A DNA stretch of 30,805 nt. Origin: an uncultured virus (IMG/VR IMGVR_UViG_3300037418_000929) (Duplodnaviria; Heunggongvirae; Uroviricota; Caudoviricetes). Every line of letters begins with the position of its first letter. The first letter of the stretch is position 1. The position numbers and the translations under genes were made by a program. Shown here piece after piece: positions 9,821 through 17,842 of this stretch. The stretch lies in IMG/VR virus record IMGVR_UViG_3300037418_000929; one strand, 5' to 3'. The notes under the pieces are model-generated. The model made no database searches, was not told the DNA's origin, and saw only the letters and a list, made by a program, of their open reading frames with translations.

Positions 9821-11687
9821 AAAATCCGGCGACGCAGGCGAGTTCTTGTGTTCCTGTGGTATTATCTTCTCTTTCGTATTCTGAGAGCCTCGTCCAGTCA
9901 ATTTGGGCGGGGCTTTTTCGTACCCACTCTTCGTACTGTTCTTCTGTGAGAGTTTGGTACGGAGCCTGCGGATACTCGGTTGGGTCAAATGGTAGAAAGC
10001 TAACGCCAGACAACAGATCGAAATGTCTGTGACACCAAGCTGCAACGTCCAACCACTCGTCCTCTGCAACAGAGATTGTAACCGACGGCTTGTGTTCGCA
10101 CCAGTCTTGCTGAAACTTTTTCCAAACTTCAAGGAACTCTACCGCTTCCAAATCTTTCCGAACCACGGACCCACTAGGAGATTTCTGCGGGAAGTAGAAG
10201 ACCATTGTAGAAGAGTTTCGTTGATCTTCTTCACACGGAACGCCGCATTCGACAAGAAATTGTGTGATTGGGTCTTTCTTGTCATTGCGAACTGAACGAA
10301 GATAATATGGAGACCAACGAGGATGAATTCCAGAGGCACTGTTAACAAGCTGACTGACAGTTCCGCTAGGCTTAACGCAAGTAACAGCAGCGCTTCGAGA
10401 TATTCCAAGACGGTCCGCCCACTCTGCGTTAGTTTCGTTCGCAACTCTTTTAAGTCCATTTAGATCAATCTTTCCGTTAAAAAGATCACGATTGTCAGCA
10501 ATACCAGTAAGCGAAACACCTAGGAGTCGCTCTTCTTCGGTGTTCTTTTGCCAGATTTTCCGAAGGTATCTGAAGTTCGTGAACGTGGACTGAATTGTGC
10601 CGAGAATTGTAGCGAGGCGGACTTTCCGTTCAAGGTCGCTACTTTTATCTTCAGGTCGGACAACAACTTCCGTGAGGTTGCAGAACTGGAAAGGTCGAAG
10701 GATGATCTCTGAGCATGGGTTTGTGCCAAAGTCATAGTTCGGATCGCGTTTTCCAAGCTTTTCAACGATCCTTCGAGAAGCGTCTCGATTGAAGATACCT
10801 CGCTCTCCCGACTTGCTGTCGTAGAGGGCTTTCCACTCTTTGAGGAATTCTCCGACTTCTGGTTTGCCATTGTACACCGCCGAGTTGTTAGCTAGCTGGC
10901 GATGAACGTGGCCTTCCCACCAAGCGCCAGACTTGGCGGTGGCCATTGCCTCGGAACCGAGGTCACTTAGACTGATCATTGCCGACCGCCTGACACCGCC
11001 TACTACAACGACGTCGGCGATCATGCACATCAAGTCGTGTGCTTCAATGGGAGACAGACGACGACCCGCTCCTCCCTTAAAGAGTCGCACACTGAAGTCA
11101 AAAAGTCGAACAAGAGGCTCGGGTCCCGAAGCTCTTCCTCCAAACGTCTTGAGTCGTGCACCAGCAGGTCGTACTCGCGACACGTCCCACTTGGGGATTC
11201 GACCAGCAATGAGTAGGGTGAGTAGCTCACGGAAGGACTTGCACCAGCCCTCTTTACTATCCTCAACGACAATAGTTGTGTCGGTTTCTTCGAACTGCTC
11301 AGTAATGCGCGGGAGTTGTTGGACATACTTTTCTTCTACGCTAAAGCCTACGCCGGTGCCACACATGAGAATGTACATGGCTTCGTCGAAACTGCGGATA
11401 CTATCTACGGGAAGGTACGCACAGTTGTATGCACCGACGTTACATCGGTCGAGTGCGGGACCGGCAGTCATCATGCACCTCATGGAGGGCATGACTTCCA
11501 TGTTCAGAATGGCTGTTCTCAATTCAGCATGAATTCCTTCATATCCAAACTGATCTTTAAGTCCCACCTGCTTAACGTAATATTGAATTAGGCGCTCTAC
11601 CGTCTCTTCCCAAGTCTCTCTGCGTCCGTCTTCCTCTCGCCACCGTGCGTACCTACTTCGGTGAATGAACGTTTGATAGTCGTCTAT
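9810..11687 (-). CDS. nrdJ: Class II (adenosylcobalamin-dependent) ribonucleotide reductase; inferred ATA start at 11687
   Basis: YNCAY, GTGVGFS, GGVRRSA, TNPCSEI, VKPSGT and C-terminal ELACVAGFCEV. Conserved N-terminus DDYQTFIHRSRYARW...RRETWEETV lies upstream of the called GTG. Confidence 0.93.
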   Translation of the reverse strand: MDDYQTFIHRSRYARWREEDGRRETWEETVERLIQYYVKQVGLKDQFGYEGIHAELRTAILNMEVMPSMRCMMTAGPALDRCNVGAYNCAYLPVDSIRSFDEAMYILMCGTGVGFSVEEKYVQQLPRITEQFEETDTTIVVEDSKEGWCKSFRELLTLLIAGRIPKWDVSRVRPAGARLKTFGGRASGPEPLVRLFDFSVRLFKGGAGRRLSPIEAHDLMCMIADVVVVGGVRRSAMISLSDLGSEAMATAKSGAWWEGHVHRQLANNSAVYNGKPEVGEFLKEWKALYDSKSGERGIFNRDASRRIVEKLGKRDPNYDFGTNPCSEIILRPFQFCNLTEVVVRPEDKSSDLERKVRLATILGTIQSTFTNFRYLRKIWQKNTEEERLLGVSLTGIADNRDLFNGKIDLNGLKRVANETNAEWADRLGISRSAAVTCVKPSGTVSQLVNSASGIHPRWSPYYLRSVRNDKKDPITQFLVECGVPCEEDQRNSSTMVFYFPQKSPSGSVVRKDLEAVEFLEVWKKFQQDWCEHKPSVTISVAEDEWLDVAAWCHRHFDLLSGVSFLPFDPTEYPQAPYQTLTEEQYEEWVRKSPAQIDWTRLSEYEREDNTTGTQELACVAGFCEV

Positions 11688-11848
11688 TCGTCTTCTCCAT
11701 ACAGATAAATCTCTTTTAGCATATCATAATCCAGAACTCCCCGATCATTAAGAAATGCTATAACGTCGTCGGCGGTTTCTTCTGTGAGGTAAACCGTTTC
11801 TAAAAGTTCTTTTCTGAACTCGTCATAAACATCAACATCCCCCATCAT
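11684..11848 (-). CDS. Small acidic hypothetical protein (54 aa, not in ORF track)
   Basis: MMGDVDVYDEFRKELLETVYLTEETADDVIAFLNDRGVLDYDMLKEIYLYGEDE; overlaps both neighbours by 4 nt. Confidence 0.7.
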   Translation of the reverse strand: MMGDVDVYDEFRKELLETVYLTEETADDVIAFLNDRGVLDYDMLKEIYLYGEDE

Positions 11849-12276
11849 AGTCCCCTCATGTCGATTGTGTCACCTGTCTGAATGGCGTTGATCAGTCTCT
11901 CGTATGCTGCGTTACCGTCGAACCGAAGAACCCACGCTACCTTACTCAGGGCTGCCTGAGCGTACGCCCACTTCTCGATCACCTCCCTGCGGGCGTAAGA
12001 CATACGGGATTCGCTGTCCTCGTCCACCGGCCTGTCGAGTTCGTTGAGATACTCTTCTAGAGCTACGAACAAGTTGGCTTCGTGGGTGTCGAGAGTGTCG
12101 GAGACTTCGTTAACCCGAGTGGCGTCCTTTCCGTCGTACTGCACCCGCTCAGGGTCGGAGTGTAGGTCTGAAATGCGGTCTTCCCTGCTGTGATAGATGC
12201 GACTAACTGCTGCGTTTTTCAGCGTAATAATCCTTCCAGTAAATCCAGCCATTTGGTCTGTGAAAACCCCACTCAC
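11845..12276 (-). CDS. MazG/PRA-PH-like helical protein, apparently degenerate; start uncertain
   Basis: REVIEKWAYAQAALSKVAWVLRFDGNAAYERL parallels the KELADxQYV...LDxAFxRV pattern. Confidence 0.45.
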   Translation of the reverse strand: MSGVFTDQMAGFTGRIITLKNAAVSRIYHSREDRISDLHSDPERVQYDGKDATRVNEVSDTLDTHEANLFVALEEYLNELDRPVDEDSESRMSYARREVIEKWAYAQAALSKVAWVLRFDGNAAYERLINAIQTGDTIDMRGL

Positions 12277-12619
12277 GGGTTTTAGGACCCATTAAGCAAA
12301 GAGTGAGTGTGTTAGGTTTGACGAAGATAATGGTGTGTTGATCTTCTTCATTAGCTCGGATGAAGTTGAACCAGCTAACTACGTGAGTCTTTCCGTTTCG
12401 CTTTTCTGAGTACCCTCCGCGAAGCACAAGGGACAAGAACGTTACAGGATGGTCGTGGTCGTAAGGCTCCGGGTCAGGCTTGTTAATCCAGTGAAGCATG
12501 ATACTGCCAAATGGTGTTTGCAACAGGTGCAGTCTAGTAATGTACTTGCTGTCAACGTCTGTCCATCTCCACACGCACCACTTGGTTCCTGACTTATACT
12601 TTCGATTTTTCCAGATCAA
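12203..12619 (-). CDS. Cupin-fold (HxH) phage protein
   Basis: LHWI..PD....HDHP..FLSLVLRGGYSE...H.I...TL.LMGP..REWGF pattern. Confidence 0.65.
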   Translation of the reverse strand: MIWKNRKYKSGTKWCVWRWTDVDSKYITRLHLLQTPFGSIMLHWINKPDPEPYDHDHPVTFLSLVLRGGYSEKRNGKTHVVSWFNFIRANEEDQHTIIFVKPNTLTLCLMGPKTREWGFHRPNGWIYWKDYYAEKRSS

Positions 12620-12830
12620 TCAACAACTCCAAATAGTGAAGAGCTTTGTTCAGGTCTTCTATTCCGCCTTTATCCCTCCATCTCGTCACGTACTTTATCA
12701 CGTTTCCTTCGAAGTAGCCAATACTGTTGGCGTGGATGTATTCGACGGGTTGAATGGCGTTCTTCTTGTAGTGGCGGCCACCAACTTGCATGTGGAGCGG
12801 AGAGTCCCCAGTGGTAATACTCTTCCTCAT
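12594..12830 (-). CDS. DUF3310 / T7 gp1.7-like nucleotide kinase domain protein
   Basis: QVGGRHY, GNVIKYVTR..KGGIEDL.KA.HYL. Confidence 0.88.
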   Translation of the reverse strand: MRKSITTGDSPLHMQVGGRHYKKNAIQPVEYIHANSIGYFEGNVIKYVTRWRDKGGIEDLNKALHYLELLIDLEKSKV

Positions 12831-13000
12831 TCGTCTCTTTCGTTTCGTCTGAGTCCCATGAGTTCCTCGATGTCATCTAATGCACTCTCTATCTCATCTT
12901 CAAATGCGTCGATTAGCTCGGAGACTGGGAGTTGCAAGAACTCGGCAAGCTCCCAACTTTCGAAGTAGTCTTCGATACGCAGTTTTGTCTCCCTGTCCAC
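12827..13000 (-). CDS. Small acidic hypothetical protein (57 aa, not in ORF track)
   Basis: MDRETKLRIEDYFESWELAEFLQLPVSELIDAFEDEIESALDDIEELMGLRRNERDE; fills the gap exactly with an ATGA overlap. Confidence 0.75.
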   Translation of the reverse strand: MDRETKLRIEDYFESWELAEFLQLPVSELIDAFEDEIESALDDIEELMGLRRNERDE

Positions 13001-13708
13001 TTAACTAATCTTAGTCCTTTTACCTGTAGTCCATCCGAAACACTTCTGACACTGAAGCCGTTCAGTCTTGTAGTGTGCCGTCAGTCTAAATCCTCTCCGG
13101 TGTACACGAGCAGAAGTACACTTAGGACAACTACGACCGCTTCCAATGTTAGGATGATTGGTGATGTAGGGTCTAACACGTTTGTAAACTCCCTCGGTCA
13201 AACGACAGTCGTGGACGCAGTACTTCTTCATCTTCGCCTGTGCCTGCTCGTCTCCTGCCATGACCTTCTTCCACAGGCCGAACCCCTCGTGCTCCATCTT
13301 GTGTCCGATGTTCAGCATCGACGCGATGTGTTCTAGCTTGTTGGAGAAGAACCTAGTCTTGTGACGAAAGAATTTATATAAATCTACATGGCTAGGTGGA
13401 GGAGGAGGGCTGACGCCAGCAAGGATAAACTCAGTGACAAAATGCGGATAGTCAAACTTTTCTCCGTTGTAGGTTATGAGTACGTCAGCTTCTTCTAGAA
13501 GATCACGAGCCGCCTCTAGCATCCCTAGATAGCCGTGTTCCCACTCGGAGAAAAACATGATCTCTTTCTTACCGAGCCACTTGGCGGAGAAACAAAGCAG
13601 CCCCCCCGGCTCTTCAATTTGGACCGGTGCGATGTTCTCGCGCCAGCCTTTCCACACCCATGCTTTTGTAGGTCGGGTCTCTATATCGAAAGTGAGGATT
13701 TTACTCAT
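13001..13708 (-). CDS. RNase H-like (DnaQ/YprB-type) 3'-5' exonuclease with C-terminal Zn ribbon
   Basis: FDIET, YNGEKFD, YCVHD; CPKC...CQKC. Confidence 0.88.
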   Translation of the reverse strand: MSKILTFDIETRPTKAWVWKGWRENIAPVQIEEPGGLLCFSAKWLGKKEIMFFSEWEHGYLGMLEAARDLLEEADVLITYNGEKFDYPHFVTEFILAGVSPPPPPSHVDLYKFFRHKTRFFSNKLEHIASMLNIGHKMEHEGFGLWKKVMAGDEQAQAKMKKYCVHDCRLTEGVYKRVRPYITNHPNIGSGRSCPKCTSARVHRRGFRLTAHYKTERLQCQKCFGWTTGKRTKIS

Positions 13709-14109
13709 GGTTTCTTCCTTTTCTTGGGCTTCTTTTTAGGAACAAACCACCCCGTACCCTGCTCAAGGTACTCTGCCATTTTTCGCAGAAGAGTGCTATC
13801 CCGATGCCTACCTAGTAACCTGTGATTACAATAGGCGCAAAGAAGACCACGTATCTCACCAGTATAGTGGTCGTGATCTACGTGCATGTTTCGTTTTTGT
13901 TCCGAAGTGTGCTTATCACATATGGCACACTGATGATTTTGTTTATCCAACAACTCATCATATTGTTCTAGTGTTATGCCATAGGCATTCTTAAGATGTC
14001 TTCGCCGGTCCGCGAGCTTATCTCGTTCACGGTATCCCGTGTCCTTTCTCATTTTAGCCCGCCAGTTTCTCTGGTATTCGTTTTTGGTCTCGCGTTTCGT
14101 ATAACCCAA
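13705..14109 (-). CDS. Endonuclease VII-family (His-Me finger) nuclease
   Basis: YGITLEQY..Q...CAIC...HVDHDH.TG.IRGLLC..CN..LG. Confidence 0.92.
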   Translation of the reverse strand: MGYTKRETKNEYQRNWRAKMRKDTGYRERDKLADRRRHLKNAYGITLEQYDELLDKQNHQCAICDKHTSEQKRNMHVDHDHYTGEIRGLLCAYCNHRLLGRHRDSTLLRKMAEYLEQGTGWFVPKKKPKKRKKP

Positions 14110-14970
14110 CTACCAATCCTCTTTGGGAACCTTGGGTTCACGAACTACCTTTGTTAGAAACTTCGGTCCTGACGAATATGTGTAAACTTGAAGTCCCTGA
14201 CCACCGTTGGTGTCTCGATAGCAGTGGAATTTGTAGGAGCAGTATGAACAGCCAACATCGAGGACGCGGTTTCCTGAAACACCATCTGGCTTATCTGGAT
14301 AGCATCGAGGAGGTTCAACTTCACTTTCGAGGACGGAACGAAGATGCTTAATCCTTGGTGCGGGCTTGTTGGCGGCCAACACCGCAGGGCTAACTTCACA
14401 AAAAGCCACGTCGCCGTGAACCTTATCCGCCACCAGAAATCCGGCCCTGTCAGTACCGAGGGCGGCACGATAGCCAGAGATTTGCCCGATGTAGCCGAAG
14501 GGGTCATTCTCCACGAATGCACCCGATACGAACTTGTTGAAAGAATATGAACTAGCGGACTTAACGTCCACCGTAACACCGTCGATAACCGCGTCACAGT
14601 GTCCTTTAACGCCGTCCACTTCGACTTCAGCTTGTTCGTGAGTGACTTCATGTCCGGCTTCCTTAGCAAGAAAGAGCAGCAGCAACTCAATCAAGTCTCC
14701 GTAAAGGAACTTGAAGTGGGTTTTAGGAAGCAATCGTTCAGCTTTGTCCGCCGCGTGTTCTGCGTACCAAAGTTGTCTGGCAGGCCTACCGAGACTCGAA
14801 AACCTCAACGTTGCTGCTGCTCGCTCCCGACTGGAAAGCCGTCGACGCAGTAGCTCTTTGACGCTACCAGCAATCCAGTCGAGATTCTCTTCCGACGGCT
14901 CGTGGTTGGTGTCTTCGTCCAGCAGGGCGTAAATGTCAGACACCAGCGAGTCGACGGTTTTACTAGGCAT
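14110..14970 (-). CDS. PD-(D/E)XK (RecB/Cas4-like) exonuclease
   Basis: LRFSSLG, KGHCDAVIDG..VDVKSAS, Y..Q..GY, CSYCSYKFHC. Confidence 0.88.
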   Translation of the reverse strand: MPSKTVDSLVSDIYALLDEDTNHEPSEENLDWIAGSVKELLRRRLSSRERAAATLRFSSLGRPARQLWYAEHAADKAERLLPKTHFKFLYGDLIELLLLFLAKEAGHEVTHEQAEVEVDGVKGHCDAVIDGVTVDVKSASSYSFNKFVSGAFVENDPFGYIGQISGYRAALGTDRAGFLVADKVHGDVAFCEVSPAVLAANKPAPRIKHLRSVLESEVEPPRCYPDKPDGVSGNRVLDVGCSYCSYKFHCYRDTNGGQGLQVYTYSSGPKFLTKVVREPKVPKEDW

Positions 14971-15166
14971 TCGCTAGAGAGATACCCTTGCGGTCTGCCC
15001 CACGAATTGCGTCAGTCTTACGCGTGTACGTAGCGACTACACCGTCCGTAGTGTGAACGATTGCGTACTTGCCACTCGGGGTCTTCTCCAGAGTGAACGT
15101 CGGGGTTGTAGCCACGCTCGCGGGCGCTCGCAGAGTACGCTTTTCCTTGTTAAACCATCCAAACAT
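14963..15166 (-). CDS. Small hypothetical protein (67 aa, MFGWFNKEK...)
   Basis: AAAGGA SD before ATG 15166; the longer listed ORF runs through the ribozyme and is probably over-extended. Confidence 0.65.
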   Translation of the reverse strand: MFGWFNKEKRTLRAPASVATTPTFTLEKTPSGKYAIVHTTDGVVATYTRKTDAIRGADRKGISLANA

Positions 15167-15214
15167 ATTCTTACTTCCTTTCTTAAATAATTGTGCGGCT
15201 TGGCTCTCCGACCG

Positions 15215-15281
15215 ACCCACCTTGGGAGAGGCTATGCGACCCGAAGGTTTCTGCTTTCGCTTCATCAGGCAAATGGTGGGC
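15215..15281 (-). ncRNA. Type I hammerhead ribozyme variant (copy 1)
   Basis: UGC-CUGAUGA-A GC GAAA GC A-GAA-ACC UUCG GGU-C-GCA inside outer stem GCCCACC/GGUGGGU; intergenic. Confidence 0.72.
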
Positions 15282-15328
15282 TGCGTCCCCAACTCTACCG
15301 CACTGGGGGACCTGTGCTCTGTTAGTTC

Positions 15329-15883
15329 TTACTCAGGAACGTCGTCGTCCAACTCGTCGAGTGCATCCTGCACTGTCTTAAGCTGTTGCTTCGGCATTTC
15401 ATCCGTAGTGTACGTATCGCTGCCAAAGAACTCGTCATCCGTGCTGAGCGGAGCGAAGTCCTGTGAAACGTACGGAACTAGGTCGAGGACTCGAATCGCT
15501 CGGATGTAAACACCCTTCTTCTTGCCTACGCCGTAGTCCTTGACGACGAACTTTACGTCCACCTGCGAACCGTTGCCGATCAGGCGTCCGTCCCAAGCGT
15601 CGTTGTTGGCGTCCACGATGCGAAGAGGCTCGGCCTTTTCTCCGTTCGCCTTCATCTCTCGGTGCCGAAACGAAATGAACGTGTCCTCTCTGCTGTCACC
15701 TTCCTTAGGCTGCCGGAGGCGGTCTTGAATACCGAGCTTCTTGAGAAGGGTCCGACCTTCGGCGTCTGGCGTCAAGTCAATGGACCACTCTCGTTCGCCG
15801 GTGAAACTGTTCATCCTCGGGGCACCGATTACCTTAGCCCAGTGAGCAATTCCACGAACGATAATGTTTTCTGTACTAGCTAT
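15329..15883 (-). CDS. ssb: T7 gp2.5-like single-stranded DNA-binding protein; inferred ATA start at 15883
   Basis: RGIAHWAKV N-terminal motif, IGNGS.V.V, AIRVLDLVPY, acidic tail LDDDVPE. Confidence 0.85.
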   Translation of the reverse strand: MASTENIIVRGIAHWAKVIGAPRMNSFTGEREWSIDLTPDAEGRTLLKKLGIQDRLRQPKEGDSREDTFISFRHREMKANGEKAEPLRIVDANNDAWDGRLIGNGSQVDVKFVVKDYGVGKKKGVYIRAIRVLDLVPYVSQDFAPLSTDDEFFGSDTYTTDEMPKQQLKTVQDALDELDDDVPE

Positions 15884-15915
15884 TTTCTAAACCTTTCTTC
15901 TTTACTTACTCTCTA

Positions 15916-15944
15916 ATTATACCACGCTTTACTACAAATGTCAA
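15916..15944 (-). promoter_or_regulatory. Consensus sigma70 promoter upstream of ssb
   Basis: TTGACA-17 nt-TATAAT with GTGG before -10. Confidence 0.92.
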
Positions 15945-15956
15945 GAACTATTTACA

Positions 15957-17780
15957 CTAGTGGGTTTGACTCCACGTTAGTCCTGACTTGACGCTAGCTT
16001 CAATTGGCACGTTATAGTTAAATGATCGTCCTGCCCTTTCGAATGCTCCAAGAGCCAGTTCCGAAAATCGGTCAACATCTCCGGTAGCAACGACATATTG
16101 GAACTCGTCGTGAATTGAACCGACGAGCTTTGCGTCAAGTTTGTTTCGTCTGATTTCTTCATCTAAGTAAATACTCGCTTGTTTCATAATCCGTGATTCG
16201 TCCCCTTGGAGCAAGTACGGGATTACCATGTGGTCTGAAGATACTAGGACTTTACTTCCATCGCAGAGAGTAATTCGTCCAGTTCGTTTAAGCTCACCTT
16301 GGAGTCGAGCAATGAGTCGAGACAGTCCTGGAACCTGTTCAAAGAACTTTCGTTTAGCGTCTTTAGCTTCACGCAAAGGCACATCTGCTTCTGAAGCAAT
16401 TCGGGCATCTCCCGCCCCCATAAGTGTAGCGTAGACAATTGTTTTAGTAAGCGCTCTCGAAGCCAGTCCAAGTCGCTCTTGATTAGCTGTGTGTGGGTCA
16501 TTGGAAAGGATAGCCTTTGTAAATTCTTCGTCTTCTAGGTAGTGGGCAAGCACCCGCAACTGGATGCCTTTTGCGTCAACACCAACCAGCCGATAACGGT
16601 CCACATCGCCACAGGTCCAAAGATCGCGAGCTTCGTAAGTCCACGAACCGTCTTCTCCCAAATCAGGTCGTTCATTAGTGATCCGCACAGCAGGAATGTT
16701 AGCGGTGTTAGGATTGTCATGCCGGTAGCGAAGAGTGCTAGCCAACCACACGTTCCCATGTATTGCTCCTGTCTTTTCGTTGTAGGCGTTTAGCCAAGTG
16801 TTCACCATGTTGGCTCGGGAGTTAGTTACGACCCATTTAGCAAGTCGTCTACTTCCTTCATTGTTAGACGATTCGGCGAACTTGATGAGACTTTCTTCGT
16901 CGACTTTTGGGTTGCCCGCTTTAGTGTACGAAGTCGCCTTCCAGCCCGCCTCAGTGAGTTTGTCAACCCTTTGGCTTGGGCTTCCAAGATTGAACTCAAC
17001 CCAATCAAACGCGTCGTATCCTCCGTCGTCACGGAGTCGGAGTTCCGGATATTGCTCTCTATGTCTCTCATAGTTTGCAGTGCGACTTCCATCTTTCTTA
17101 AAGGCTTTTGCAAACGATCCAACACACCGAAACTCAGGTGGCCACTGTTTGTAGATTTCACGCTTTAGGTCCTCTTCACGGGTTCGAAGGAGTACGTAGA
17201 GTTCTTCCGCCCGTCGTTTGTCAAACGGAAAACCGTGCCTTCGCTGTTTATTCTGTATGATGTGCCACGAACGAGTCTCCAAAGCGGCCCCCCGTTCGGT
17301 GAAGCCAACATCTCGCATCCGTCGTGTGAGACGATTGAAAAGCCGTTTCGTAAGCGCTGTGTCGTTTTCACAGTACTGTCTCATTTCCTCCGAGTAGTGT
17401 GTGAAGTCCTTGAACGGAAGTTTAGGAAACCTTAACCGCCCACCCCAAACTTCCAAACTATGACCGCCAGTAAAGCTAGGGCTGTACAGCATAGAAAGGA
17501 CAAAGGTATCAACAAGTTTGGAGACACCAATTTTGCAACCCCAAATTTTGTTGAGGACCGGGGCGTCAAAGGCGACGATGTTATGCCCAACCAAATAGGC
17601 ATCTCGCGGTAGCCACTTGTTGAAATCTTCCGCACTGGTGAACGTCCTTTTCTCGTCTGTTACTGCGTTCTCAACACATACGACGAATATCTTCGTACAC
17701 TCGTCACGAAGCCCGTCCGTCTCTATGTCCAAAACCCAGTGGTTTTTTGTCGGAGTTAGATATTTTCCTTCTACGTTCAA
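15957..17780 (-). CDS. Family A (T7-like) DNA polymerase with 3'-5' exonuclease domain
   Basis: DIETDGL, GHNIVAFD, YCEND; motif A DAKGIQLR, motif B RALTKTIVY, motif C IHDE. Confidence 0.95.
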   Translation of the reverse strand: MNVEGKYLTPTKNHWVLDIETDGLRDECTKIFVVCVENAVTDEKRTFTSAEDFNKWLPRDAYLVGHNIVAFDAPVLNKIWGCKIGVSKLVDTFVLSMLYSPSFTGGHSLEVWGGRLRFPKLPFKDFTHYSEEMRQYCENDTALTKRLFNRLTRRMRDVGFTERGAALETRSWHIIQNKQRRHGFPFDKRRAEELYVLLRTREEDLKREIYKQWPPEFRCVGSFAKAFKKDGSRTANYERHREQYPELRLRDDGGYDAFDWVEFNLGSPSQRVDKLTEAGWKATSYTKAGNPKVDEESLIKFAESSNNEGSRRLAKWVVTNSRANMVNTWLNAYNEKTGAIHGNVWLASTLRYRHDNPNTANIPAVRITNERPDLGEDGSWTYEARDLWTCGDVDRYRLVGVDAKGIQLRVLAHYLEDEEFTKAILSNDPHTANQERLGLASRALTKTIVYATLMGAGDARIASEADVPLREAKDAKRKFFEQVPGLSRLIARLQGELKRTGRITLCDGSKVLVSSDHMVIPYLLQGDESRIMKQASIYLDEEIRRNKLDAKLVGSIHDEFQYVVATGDVDRFSELALGAFERAGRSFNYNVPIEASVKSGLTWSQTH

Positions 17781-17842
17781 ACTCTTTCATAATCCCTTTA
17801 ATTTCACGCCAGTGATCTGTGAACAACTGTTCCAGCGTTTCG

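Noticed and set aside
14110..14970. Cas4-like nuclease as sign of a CRISPR system
   Set aside because: No repeat-spacer array or other cas genes; such nucleases are routine in phage replication modules.
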